From Gemmatales bacterium (GTDB lineage: Bacteria; Planctomycetota; Planctomycetia; Gemmatales; HRBIN36): a stretch of 64,000 nucleotides of DNA. The stretch covers positions 25,619-89,618 of the forward strand of contig DAOMFV010000001.1 of the NCBI GenBank assembly GCA_035430005.1, in the 5' to 3' direction. Positions 1 through 8,976 of this stretch are shown one piece after another; positions within the stretch are counted from its first letter, which is position 1, and the number at the start of each line of letters is the position of its first letter. Both the position numbers and the translations under genes were made by a program. The notes under the pieces are model-generated. The model was not told the DNA's origin and made no database searches. It was given only the letters and a program-made list of their open reading frames with translations.

Positions 1-2
1 GC

Positions 3-554
3 GATGTATTCGTGGATGATGGCGTGATCGTCTCGGTGAAGCCGCGCAATCTAAACCAGTCGAGCGAACTGAAGACCTCGACCAAAGGGTTCAAGCTACT
101 CGACATCCCGATGGTGGTACTGGTCAATGGCGGTTCCGCCAGCGCCAGTGAAATTGTCTCCGCCTGTATTCAGGATCATGAACGGGGCGTGGTGATGGGC
201 GAACGCAGCTACGGCAAGGGCAGCGTTCAGCAGATTCGCAACCTCGATCTTGGCGGCCACTCAGGCGCGGTCAAGATCACCATGGCTGCGTTCTATGGCC
301 CCTCCGGCAAGAACCTCAATCGCTTCCCCAACTCCAAGGAAGAGGACGACTGGGGCGTCAAGCCGGCTCCGGAGAACACCATCAAGCTCAGCCCGACGGA
401 ACGTGCCGAACTCGACAAGGCGCTCACCGACCATGAACTGATCCCCCGCCGGGATGCCCCCAAGATGGAGACCAAGAAGACCTTTATCGACCGCCAGTTG
501 GATGCGGCCGTGGAACTGCTCAAGAAGCAGACCACCCGTACCGGCCAGCGATAA
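3..554 (+). CDS. S41-family C-terminal processing peptidase, C-terminal part (gene runs off the left edge)
   Basis: The frame is open from the window edge. The block VLVNGGSASASEIVSACIQDHERGVVMGERSYGKGSVQ is the catalytic Ser/Lys region typical of Ctp/Prc tail-specific proteases. Confidence 0.8.
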   Translation, partial: DVFVDDGVIVSVKPRNLNQSSELKTSTKGFKLLDIPMVVLVNGGSASASEIVSACIQDHERGVVMGERSYGKGSVQQIRNLDLGGHSGAVKITMAAFYGPSGKNLNRFPNSKEEDDWGVKPAPENTIKLSPTERAELDKALTDHELIPRRDAPKMETKKTFIDRQLDAAVELLKKQTTRTGQR

Positions 555-581
555 GCATGGCGATGACTATTGAACATCCTT

Positions 582-618
582 CGACCCCGATCTCATGGAC
601 CGGGGTCGTTCTGTTTTC
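582..618 (+). terminator. Rho-independent terminator candidate after the S41 peptidase gene
   Basis: An 8-bp GC stem, cgaccccg (582-589) / cggggtcg (601-608), is followed by ttctgttttc. Confidence 0.6.
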
Positions 619-659
619 AAGGCTGCGACGCAGCAATCGTGACGTAGACTAGTAATGCC

Positions 660-739
660 ATGGTAGCCCGACGCGCGAGCGAGGGAGCTGAGAGCATACG
701 ATTGCACGCCGCACCCTCGCTTGCGCGTCGGGCTACCAT
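660..739. repeat. Long palindromic element, family member 1 (26-nt arms, 28-nt loop)
   Basis: Arm 660-685 (atggtagcccgacgcgcgagcgaggg) pairs with 714-739, with one G-T position. The arms resemble those of the hairpin at 58655-58729. Confidence 0.7.
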
Positions 740-877
740 CCTCGCAACCCACGTTTTCTACTGTGACAAATCACTAGTAGCGTTGTCTTGTCATGTGAGT
801 AGCGGAAGTCACCAGACTTCCGTTCCCGATCGCAACGAAATTCTTGGCGAGTGCCGCTACAGTGATGTCGAGTAAAC

Positions 878-1699
878 ATGAAGAAGTCTTTATTCGAATC
901 TGATCGCCTGATCTTTGCGGGGATGACCTGCCTGGTGGCGTCGATCCTGCTTGGTGTCATACTGGTTGTCAGGGAGAGCTACGCACCGACCCCGACCGCC
1001 GTCAGTGCGCCATCTATCATTCCGGCATCCCATGGCACCACACCTGTATCGACCCGGCCCGTGGTTGTTACTCCACCAATACTTTTTGAAAGCAACATCT
1101 ATCAATTGGAACTCGAACTGGCTGATAACGTTCAGCACAGGCAAGCCAACGCTTTCTGCGTTCAGTGGCCAGGCGGCAGGCGATATCTCGTCTCTCATGC
1201 CGGGCTGTTGACTCAAAGCGATTGGCAACAGGTAACCCGTGTCAGCCTTAGAGTGCATGGCGACAAGCAGTTAGTTCCAGTGGTGCTGAAGCCTCTCTAC
1301 CTGGGGCCGTTCACCGAAGACCATCAACCGAACCTGTTGACGCATCCTGATCTGGGTCTGGATCTCGTGGTTTGGTCAATGCCGGAACAGATCAAAGGCA
1401 AAGGGTATCCCCTGGCGACATCCTGTGCCGTTCCAGGCGAGGATGTCTGGGTCGTGGCTCTTCCCGTAAGAAATACGAACGCTCAGTCGCATTTTCATTG
1501 TCGGGTGCTGGAGTACTCTGACCATGCCCTTTCCATTCAACCTCTCGACCGACTTTCCCTCGACCAGGTCATCGGTTTGCCGGTCGTCAACCAGCGAGGG
1601 GAGGTTCTCGGTAACGTGTTGGGCGGCAATGACTTAACGCTCATTGGGGCCAGCTTCCAGGGCTTAGAGCGTCAACTGAAAACGATCGAATCCAAGTGA
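878..1699 (+). CDS. Membrane-anchored hypothetical protein with a degenerate trypsin/HtrA-like core
   Basis: There is an N-terminal TM helix (LIFAGMTCLVASILLGVILVV). His and Asp contexts (YLVSHAGLL, DLGLDLVVW) are present. The C-terminal block VIGLPVVNQRGEVLGNVLGG aligns to GxSGGPxxNxxGxxxG but lacks the Ser. Confidence 0.45.
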   Translation: MKKSLFESDRLIFAGMTCLVASILLGVILVVRESYAPTPTAVSAPSIIPASHGTTPVSTRPVVVTPPILFESNIYQLELELADNVQHRQANAFCVQWPGGRRYLVSHAGLLTQSDWQQVTRVSLRVHGDKQLVPVVLKPLYLGPFTEDHQPNLLTHPDLGLDLVVWSMPEQIKGKGYPLATSCAVPGEDVWVVALPVRNTNAQSHFHCRVLEYSDHALSIQPLDRLSLDQVIGLPVVNQRGEVLGNVLGGNDLTLIGASFQGLERQLKTIESK

Positions 1700-1852
1700 C
1701 CTTGGCGTTCTTCATTACCCAACAAGAACAAGACACGGCTAGACACCAATTGCTCAAGAATTGCAAGAATTTGCTGTGAACCCTGCAAGTTACTCTCTGC
1801 AAAAAACGAATACGTCGAGTACACTAGCTTTGATCTATTTTCCTTAGTCCTA

Positions 1853-3859
1853 ATGGGAACAGCCATGAGAATGATGAGCGTGTTTCTGCTGTTGGCGGCG
1901 ATCGTCCTGCCGACTGCTGCACTCTATCCCTACTCATCCGATTCTAAAGACAAAGACAAACCTGACCTGCCCGCACCGTTAGGCACGCGCATCACGGAAA
2001 TTGGCTCCATCGATGCCACGACCGGCAAGCCTTGGTCACTGGCTGAGCATGCCCGTGAAGCCAAGGCTGTCGTCGTGCTCTTCATGGGCACCGAATGCCC
2101 CGTGAACAATGCCTACGCCCCGCGCCTGGCTGACCTCAACAGGAAATATGGCAATAAGGGTGTAGTCTTTGTTGGGATCAACAGCAACGAACAGGACGAC
2201 GTCGAAGCTATTGCCAAACACGCCAAGGCTTTCCAGATTCCCTTCCCCGTGCTGAAGGATGAGAACTTCAAGCTTGCTGAGAAGTTCTCCGTGGTGCGCA
2301 TCCCTGAAGTCTTCGTTCTCGATGGCCAGCGTTTCGTTCGTTATCGTGGCCGCATTGATGACCAGTTCACCCCGATCGCCAAGCGCGAGAAGGCAACCAG
2401 TCGTGACTTACTCGATGCTCTCGATGCCGTCCTGGCCGGCCAGGAAGTCAAAGTTGCAGCCACCATTCCCGCAGGGTGCCTGCTGGGCCGTACCAAAACG
2501 CCGGTCGAGCCTAAAGCCGGCGAAGCGATCACTTACACCAAACACATTGCTCCGATTATTCAGAATCACTGCCAGGCTTGCCATCGTCCCTGTGAAGTTG
2601 GGCCATTCAAATTAATGGGCTACAAGGACGCCGCCGCCTGGGCTGACAACATCAAGGAAGTTGTGCTGGATGGCCGGATGCCTCCTTGGCATGCCGACCC
2701 AAAGGTAGGCCATTTTTCCAATGATCGTCGATTGACCGACGCCGAAAAAACGACGCTTCTAGCCTGGATCGACCAGGGCTGTACCAAGGGCGATCCTAAG
2801 GATGAACCCGCCCCGAAGGAGTATGTCACAGGTTGGGCTATCGGCAAGCCCGACATGATCTTGACGATGAACAAAACGATCAAGATTCCAGCCTATGCCG
2901 GCCCGTTGGGTATGCCTTATCAGTTTGTGCGGGTGGGTGAAGTCTTTAAGGAGGACACTTGGGTTCAGGCTGGTGAAGCTCGGCCTGGCAACCCTGCCCT
3001 GGTACACCACATCATTGCCTTCGTGATTCCACCTAAGGACTACGTTGATCCCGATGTCACCACGTTTACACCCGAGAAGATCAGGGAAATGCAGAAGGAG
3101 ATGCTGAAGAATCAGGCTGCCGCAGGCAAGAAAGATGGAGCCGGTGCAGCCGGCGGTAATCGTTCCAATCGCAACGGCCCTCCCGGCGGCTTGATCAACC
3201 TGACCCGGGCCTTCCTTCCCAATGCCGGTGGAGAGCTTCAGAAACGGCCGCCCACCCTGGATGGTATCGGCCAGGGAATGCTCGTTGCCTACGCCCCAGG
3301 CGACCAGCCCATGATTCTGGCGCCAGGCCAGGCCAAGAAGATTCCCAAGGGCAGCCAGATCATGCTGCAGATGCACTACACGCCCAATGGTAAGGCAGGT
3401 ACCGATTGCTCTTCTATCGGCTTGGTTTTTGCCAAGGAACCGGCCAAGAACGAAGTGCGCACTCGGAGCGTAATGAATCCCCGCTTCGAGATCCCTCCCG
3501 ACGATGCCAACTACCAGGTGAAGGCGGTGCGAGCTTTCGAGAAGGACGCCGTCATCGTCTCCTTCCTACCTCACATGCACTATCGCGGTAAGTCGTTCCT
3601 CTACGAAATTGTCTACCCCGATGGCAAGCGCGAACCCATCCTGAATGTGCCCAAGTACGATTTCAACTGGCAGACGACCTATGAACTGGCCAAGCCGATT
3701 CATGTTCCCGCCGGCACGAAGATCGAATGCACCGCCTATTTCGACAACTCCAAGAACAACCCGTTCAATCCTAATCCCAAGGGCACCGTCTACTGGGGCG
3801 AGCAAACCTGGGAAGAGATGATGATCGGGTTCCTGGATTACTACTTCGTCAAGCAGTAG
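1853..3859 (+). CDS. Secreted tri-domain redox protein: redoxin/thioredoxin fold, a CxxCH haem site, and a copper type II (PHM/DBH-like) monooxygenase-like C-terminal half
   Basis: The N-terminus is signal-like (MRMMSVFLLLAAIVLPTAAL). A redoxin block is present (VVVLFMGTECPVNNAYAPRL...GINSNEQD). CQACH is followed by GRMPPWHADP. The His/Met ligand pattern is HHIIAF, MHYTPNG, PHMHYRG, EEMMIGF. Confidence 0.7.
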   Translation: MGTAMRMMSVFLLLAAIVLPTAALYPYSSDSKDKDKPDLPAPLGTRITEIGSIDATTGKPWSLAEHAREAKAVVVLFMGTECPVNNAYAPRLADLNRKYGNKGVVFVGINSNEQDDVEAIAKHAKAFQIPFPVLKDENFKLAEKFSVVRIPEVFVLDGQRFVRYRGRIDDQFTPIAKREKATSRDLLDALDAVLAGQEVKVAATIPAGCLLGRTKTPVEPKAGEAITYTKHIAPIIQNHCQACHRPCEVGPFKLMGYKDAAAWADNIKEVVLDGRMPPWHADPKVGHFSNDRRLTDAEKTTLLAWIDQGCTKGDPKDEPAPKEYVTGWAIGKPDMILTMNKTIKIPAYAGPLGMPYQFVRVGEVFKEDTWVQAGEARPGNPALVHHIIAFVIPPKDYVDPDVTTFTPEKIREMQKEMLKNQAAAGKKDGAGAAGGNRSNRNGPPGGLINLTRAFLPNAGGELQKRPPTLDGIGQGMLVAYAPGDQPMILAPGQAKKIPKGSQIMLQMHYTPNGKAGTDCSSIGLVFAKEPAKNEVRTRSVMNPRFEIPPDDANYQVKAVRAFEKDAVIVSFLPHMHYRGKSFLYEIVYPDGKREPILNVPKYDFNWQTTYELAKPIHVPAGTKIECTAYFDNSKNNPFNPNPKGTVYWGEQTWEEMMIGFLDYYFVKQ

Positions 3860-3897
3860 CCCCGGCGAGCCGAAGGCGTAAACTGATCTCACGCAAA

Positions 3898-3927
3898 CCG
3901 CCGGCTTAACGCCGGCGGCTCTTTTTT
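3898..3927 (+). terminator. Rho-independent terminator
   Basis: The stem ccgccggc (3898-3905) / gccggcgg (3911-3918) has a ttaac loop and is followed by ctcttttttg. Confidence 0.75.
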
Positions 3928-3950
3928 GTCCTGTCCGCAGGGAGCATAAC

Positions 3951-5060
3951 GTGCCACAGCGGCCCATCGAGAGTGGCTCGGCTCTCAGCGAGCGAACCAG
4001 CCGTACCGATGATCTGCACATCAAAGGGGTGGTGCCTCTGCCGCCGCCGGAGCATCTGATCCGGTTCTTTCCGATTGCCGGCACAAGCGTCGAAAAACTC
4101 ATCGGAAGCACCCGAACCACGGTAAGGCACATCCTTCAGGGCAAAGACGACCGGTTGCTGGTGGTGATTGGCCCCTGCTCGATCCACGACACCAAAGCCG
4201 CTCTCGAATATGCCGTTCGTTTGAAAGAGCATCGCAGGCACTTTGCCGATACGCTCGAAGTGGTAATGCGCGTCTATTTCGAGAAGCCCCGCACCACCGT
4301 GGGCTGGAAGGGGCTTATCAACGACCCCTATCTCGATGAAAGTTATCGCATTCACGAGGGGTTGCGCATCGCCCGGCAACTGCTGCTGGAGATCAATCAA
4401 CTGGGAGTGCCGGCGGCGAGCGAGTTCCTCGATACCATCAGCGCCCAGTACATTGGCGATTTGATCAGTTGGGGCGCCATCGGAGCCCGCACCACCGAAA
4501 GCCAGGTCCATCGAGAATTGGCTTCGGGCCTATCCGCGCCCGTCGGGTTCAAGAACGGCACTGATGGAAGTATTCGCATCGCCATCGATGCTATCCTTGC
4601 CGCCCAGCGTCCTCACCATTTTCTCAGTGTGCATAAGAACGGTCAAGTGGCCATCGTCGAGACCAAGGGCAACCGTGACTGTCACCTGATTTTGCGTGGC
4701 GGGCAGAAGCCCAACTACGATGCGGTCAGCGTCGCGGCGGCTTGCCGGGAAATCGAAGCGGCCAAGCTGGACAGCCGGCTGATGATCGATTGCAGCCATG
4801 CCAATTCAGGCAAGCAGCATCAGAAACAGCTCGAAGTGGCCAGCGACCTGGCGACCCAGATCGCTGATGGCAACCGCAACATCGTCGGGGTGATGGTGGA
4901 GAGTCATCTTCTCGCTGGGTCGCAGAAGTTCGCTGCCGGCAAGGATGACCCGACGAAGCTGGAGTATGGCAAGAGCATCACCGATGCCTGCCTGGGATGG
5001 GATGATACGGTTCAGTTGCTGAAAACGCTCAGTGCAGCGGTCAAACAGCGACGACGTTGA
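3951..5060 (+). CDS. aroG: 3-deoxy-7-phosphoheptulonate (DAHP) synthase, class I
   Basis: GTG start with GGAG upstream. The motifs LLVVIGPCSIHD, YFEKPRTTVGWKGLINDP and IDCSHANS are diagnostic of AroF/G/H-type DAHP synthases. Confidence 0.92.
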   Translation: MPQRPIESGSALSERTSRTDDLHIKGVVPLPPPEHLIRFFPIAGTSVEKLIGSTRTTVRHILQGKDDRLLVVIGPCSIHDTKAALEYAVRLKEHRRHFADTLEVVMRVYFEKPRTTVGWKGLINDPYLDESYRIHEGLRIARQLLLEINQLGVPAASEFLDTISAQYIGDLISWGAIGARTTESQVHRELASGLSAPVGFKNGTDGSIRIAIDAILAAQRPHHFLSVHKNGQVAIVETKGNRDCHLILRGGQKPNYDAVSVAAACREIEAAKLDSRLMIDCSHANSGKQHQKQLEVASDLATQIADGNRNIVGVMVESHLLAGSQKFAAGKDDPTKLEYGKSITDACLGWDDTVQLLKTLSAAVKQRRR

Positions 5061-5063
5061 GCA

Positions 5064-6143
5064 CTACACTAACCCCTTCTCGCCAAGCCAACGCTCAGCA
5101 TCGAGAGCAGCCATGCAACCGGTACCCGCTGCGGTCACGGCCTGGCGATAATAGTTATCTGCCACATCGCCGGCGGCAAAAACGCCTTCGACACTCGTCC
5201 ACGCCCGCTGAGGTTTCGTCCATTCAATGTAGCCACTCTCGTTTAGCTTCAGTTGGCCGCCAAGGAAATCGGTGTTGGGCGTGTGGCCGATGGCGATGAA
5301 CAGGCCACGGGCATCAAGTTTCTCATCTGCCCCCCCGACGGAACTTTTGAGGATAACGCCGCTAACGCCTTCCTCGTCGGTACCCATCACCTGATCGACG
5401 GCGGTGTTCCACTTCACAGCGATCTTGGGGTTAGAGAACAAGCGTTCCTGCATGATCTTGCTGGCACGCAGCTTGTCCCGGCGATGAACGAGGTAGACCT
5501 TGCTGCCAAACTTGGCGAGGTGATGGGCTTCTTCGCAGGCGGTATCGCCCCCGCCGACGACGACGATGGGCTTGTTGCGGAAGCGGGGCAACGCTCCATC
5601 GCAGGTGGCACAGGCCGAGACGCCGTTGTTGAGGAACTTCTGCTCGCTGGGCAGGCCGAGATAGTTGGCCCGAGCCCCGGTGGCCACAATGACCGTGAGA
5701 GAATCCACGACTTTGCCTTCCAGTGTGTGGAGCCGGAAAGGATGCCGGTTGAACTCCACTTTGACAATGTCATCGGTCACGATGCGAGTCTCGAAGTTCA
5801 CCGCCTGTTGCCGCATGAACTCCATCAGTTCCGGACCGACGGCTGATCGCTTGCTATGAGCCGCTTTACCGCTGAACAGATGTTCGACGTTGGCGAAGCG
5901 TTCCGGTGGGAGAGCGCTCTGGGCGAAAGCGAGCAGAGCCGCTGGGTCAGCATGAGGCCAACTGGGGAAGTTCTCCACCTCGGTGGTCAGGTTCAGTTGT
6001 CCCAGGGGAAGCGTCGAGTTGACCCGGTTTTGCTCGGTGATGGCCCCTTCATAGACCAATGGCTGTAAATTGGCACGGGCCGCATAGATGGCCGCCGTCC
6101 AAGCGGCGGGGCCGGAACCGATGATGACGACTTTTTCAGGCAT
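5064..6143 (-). CDS. trxB: Thioredoxin-disulfide reductase (long form with insertions)
   Basis: Contains [22 protein letters not shown], the redox-active [16 protein letters not shown], and the C-terminal GVFAAGDV...[22 protein letters not shown]. Confidence 0.92.
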   Translation of the reverse strand: MPEKVVIIGSGPAAWTAAIYAARANLQPLVYEGAITEQNRVNSTLPLGQLNLTTEVENFPSWPHADPAALLAFAQSALPPERFANVEHLFSGKAAHSKRSAVGPELMEFMRQQAVNFETRIVTDDIVKVEFNRHPFRLHTLEGKVVDSLTVIVATGARANYLGLPSEQKFLNNGVSACATCDGALPRFRNKPIVVVGGGDTACEEAHHLAKFGSKVYLVHRRDKLRASKIMQERLFSNPKIAVKWNTAVDQVMGTDEEGVSGVILKSSVGGADEKLDARGLFIAIGHTPNTDFLGGQLKLNESGYIEWTKPQRAWTSVEGVFAAGDVADNYYRQAVTAAGTGCMAALDAERWLGEKGLV

Positions 6144-6250
6144 GATCCATCTCTTCGTTGAACAATTGAGCGTCTACCAGATTATATCGGTCTTGATGGC
6201 TGACTCCCAATCTAAGTGGCTCACAAGCAGGAACGGAGTGACTTCTTTCT

Positions 6251-6271
6251 CCTCCCCTTACCAAGGGGAGG
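6251..6271. repeat. Short G/C hairpin (cctcccctt-acc-aaggggagg)
   Basis: A perfect 9-bp stem with a 3-nt loop, inside the trxB/SDR divergent intergenic region. Confidence 0.6.
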
Positions 6272-6312
6272 TCGGGTGGGGTTCTTTCTACTGCATGAGC
6301 AACCCCCTCTAA

Positions 6313-6333
6313 CTCCCCCTTAGCGAGGGGGAG
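6313..6333. repeat. Short G/C hairpin (ctccccct-tagcg-agggggag)
   Basis: A perfect 8-bp stem with a 5-nt loop, 42 nt from the previous hairpin and of similar composition. Confidence 0.6.
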
Positions 6334-6439
6334 AACCAGACCGATCATCCTCAGGAACTACAGATACCACGTTACATTACCTTTGTTTGTGAGTATTCTT
6401 ACAGAATAGCTGTTGGTTTCCTGTTGAAGTCAGGTGTCT

Positions 6440-7192
6440 ATGAGCACTCAACGTGTTGCCCTGGTGACTGGTAGCGGCAAGCGACGTGTCGGATCTGTCG
6501 TGGCTGAAGCGCTGGCCCGGGCCGACTATGCCATCGCCGTGCATTATCGCACTTCCGAAGTGGAGGCGGAGGAAACGGTGGACGCTCTACGCCAACTGGG
6601 CGTGAAGGCTCATGGCTTCCAGGCTGATCTCACCCAGGAAGTGGAAGTACAGAGCATGATGGCTGCCGTGCTCAAAGAGTTCGGCAGGATCGATGTGCTA
6701 GTCAACGCCGCCGCCGCCTGGAAGAGCAAGCCGCTGGAAGAGGTCGCCGCGGAAGACGTACGTCATTATTTCGAGACCAATACACTCAGCACGTTCCTGT
6801 GCAGCCAGCAGGCGGGTCTGGCGATGGTGAAGCAGAGGACGGGCGGATCGATCATTTTGATTGGCGACTGGGCCTGCGAGCGACCCTATCTGAACTATGC
6901 TGCCTACTTCCCATCGAAGGGGGCTATTCCCACGCTAACTCGAACGCTGGCCGTCGAGCTCGGTATCCGTAATCCGGCAGTGCGGGTGAACTGCATTCTG
7001 CCCGGCCCGGTGATGCTACCCCCCGACCTGTCCAAGGCTGAACGCAAGGAAGCGATCGATGCCACGCTGGTTAAGCGAGAGGGCAAGCCGGAGAACATCG
7101 CCCACGCGGTGACGTTCCTGATCGAAAACGATTTTGTAACTGGTGTTTGTCTGCCCGTGGACGGTGGTCGAACGATCTACTCGCCCTGTTGA
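6440..7192 (+). CDS. Short-chain dehydrogenase/reductase (pteridine-reductase-like SDR)
   Basis: Contains VALVTGSGKRRVGSVVA (TGxxxxxG), the NAAA motif, a YxxxK context (YFPSKGA) and PG at ILPGPV. The ATG at 6440 is preceded by AGGTG. The alternative GTG is at 6434. Confidence 0.85.
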   Translation: MSTQRVALVTGSGKRRVGSVVAEALARADYAIAVHYRTSEVEAEETVDALRQLGVKAHGFQADLTQEVEVQSMMAAVLKEFGRIDVLVNAAAAWKSKPLEEVAAEDVRHYFETNTLSTFLCSQQAGLAMVKQRTGGSIILIGDWACERPYLNYAAYFPSKGAIPTLTRTLAVELGIRNPAVRVNCILPGPVMLPPDLSKAERKEAIDATLVKREGKPENIAHAVTFLIENDFVTGVCLPVDGGRTIYSPC

Positions 7193-7253
7193 CGTTCGAT
7201 CAACGGAGAGGTTACGGTTCAAGGACTTGACTACGAGCCGACAGGAGATTCAA

Positions 7254-8810
7254 ATGCCACTTTCCGGAGCAACGTTGGAGCGGCCCGCCGAGCTCGTTTC
7301 GATCCTGGACATTGGCTTGAAAAACAAACCGAACGAGACTGCCCTGGTCTCTCTCGAACGAGAATGGTCATGGTGGGAACTGGAGCAGGCCTCCACCCGG
7401 CTTGCTGGAGAGTATTTGGCGTTAGGTCTCGTTCCGGGGGATCGTGTCGCATCCCTGATGCCCAACCGTGGAGCGCTATTGGTTCATTACCTTGCCTGCT
7501 TCAAGGCTGGGCTTGCTGCTACGCCGCTCAACTATCGGTATCAGGCGCCAGAGATTGATCACGCACTGGAAGTCAGCGGAGCGTCGCTTCTGATCGCTCA
7601 CTCAGAACGGGACGAGGTTCTGGCTGCAAGCAATCGGGTGGCCGGCCTCCCTTTCGGGCGCATCAGTTACGGTGCCAGGAAAGGTGCTTATCGTCAGTTG
7701 GAAGAGCTAATGATCAGAGACGGTTCGACGCCCGATTTGCCCAAACCGCACTCCGATACTCCTGCATTTATCTTCTTCACCTCAGGCAGCACGGGTAAGC
7801 CCAAAGGTGTGACACACACGCACAACACGTTCGGCTGGGTTGTCGCCAGTGCCGTTGCCGGGCTGGGATTAACGCCGGCAGATGTGTTCCTGCCGGCGAC
7901 CTCAGCCTCACACATTGCCGCGTCATCGTTTTCCTGTGCCGGACTGGCTGCCGGCGCCTGTGTGGCCATTGCGCGATCATTCGACGGCGAGGAAGTGCTG
8001 CCGCTGCTTCGCGCCACTCGCCCGTCGCTAGTGTGCATGCTGCCTGCTCCACTTCTTAACCTGGTGCGTGACCACGGAGCGACCAGGGAAGATTTCCAGT
8101 CCATTCGGCAATGTGTCTCCGGAGGCGATAAGATCTCGGTGGAGCTGGAGCGTGAGTTCATGAACCTGACAGGATTTGCCATCGAGGAATTGTACGGCAT
8201 GACTGAAACGGGAACCGCTGCTATGAATCCAACCGCCAGAAACAGGATTGGTTCGATTGGCCAATTGGCTCCAGGTTATCATGCCTCCATTCGTGGCGAC
8301 GATGGCGTTGAAGTTCCCACGGGAGCGCCTGGGAGGCTGTGGATCAGGTTCCCGGGTAACATGATTGGCTATTGGAGCAGGCCCGATGCAACCTCAGAAA
8401 CCATTGTCGATGCCTGGCTTGATACCGGAGATCTGGTCTCGGCCGATGAGCAGGGCTATCTTTGGTTTCGCGGCCGGAAGAAGCAGATTATCATTCACGA
8501 TGGATCAAACATCTGTCCACAAGAAGTCGAGGATTCTCTTCTGGAAAACACGTCCGTGGCTGGCGCGGGAGTCATCGGAATCCAAGATTTGATTCATGGC
8601 GAGACAGTGCGGGCTTACATTGCTTTCAGGCCAAATGTCAAACGACCGACGACCAAAGAGCTGATAGAGTTCTCACGAGCCCGTGTGGGCTACAAAGCCC
8701 CCGACGAAATCATTGTGCTCGATGAAATGCCAACCAATTCGGTCGGCAAGGTCGACCGTAAGGCCTTGAGGCAGATGGCCGACAAAGCTGCTAATCGACA
8801 TCTTGAGTAA
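7254..8810 (+). CDS. AMP-dependent acyl-CoA synthetase/ligase
   Basis: Contains the AMP-binding signature FFTSGSTGKPKGV, plus YGMTETG, DTGDL and GKVDRKAL. The ATG at 7254 follows AGGAGA. The upstream part of the ORF (7143-7253) overlaps the SDR gene and is probably not translated. Confidence 0.9.
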   Translation: MPLSGATLERPAELVSILDIGLKNKPNETALVSLEREWSWWELEQASTRLAGEYLALGLVPGDRVASLMPNRGALLVHYLACFKAGLAATPLNYRYQAPEIDHALEVSGASLLIAHSERDEVLAASNRVAGLPFGRISYGARKGAYRQLEELMIRDGSTPDLPKPHSDTPAFIFFTSGSTGKPKGVTHTHNTFGWVVASAVAGLGLTPADVFLPATSASHIAASSFSCAGLAAGACVAIARSFDGEEVLPLLRATRPSLVCMLPAPLLNLVRDHGATREDFQSIRQCVSGGDKISVELEREFMNLTGFAIEELYGMTETGTAAMNPTARNRIGSIGQLAPGYHASIRGDDGVEVPTGAPGRLWIRFPGNMIGYWSRPDATSETIVDAWLDTGDLVSADEQGYLWFRGRKKQIIIHDGSNICPQEVEDSLLENTSVAGAGVIGIQDLIHGETVRAYIAFRPNVKRPTTKELIEFSRARVGYKAPDEIIVLDEMPTNSVGKVDRKALRQMADKAANRHLE

Positions 8811-8842
8811 CAAAGAGCAGTCGTCCGGTATTTGGCACTTCC

Positions 8843-8887
8843 GAGTGGAGGCGATGGGGGTCGAACCCCTAACCCCTAGCTTGCAAA
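8843..8887 (-). repeat. Remnant copy of the 3' half of tRNA-Ala(UGC) (att-like direct repeat)
   Basis: 44/45 identical to 37374-37418 in the same orientation. It covers the anticodon loop through the discriminator plus 3 nt. The single mismatch breaks a T-stem pair. Confidence 0.85.
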
Positions 8888-8976
8888 TCTAACAAGGGCC
8901 TGTTTGGAAACGCCTTATTTCCAGGCCAATTTGAGTATAACTGCCGATTCGGCTAGAATTTGTGGCTGCTATGCAT

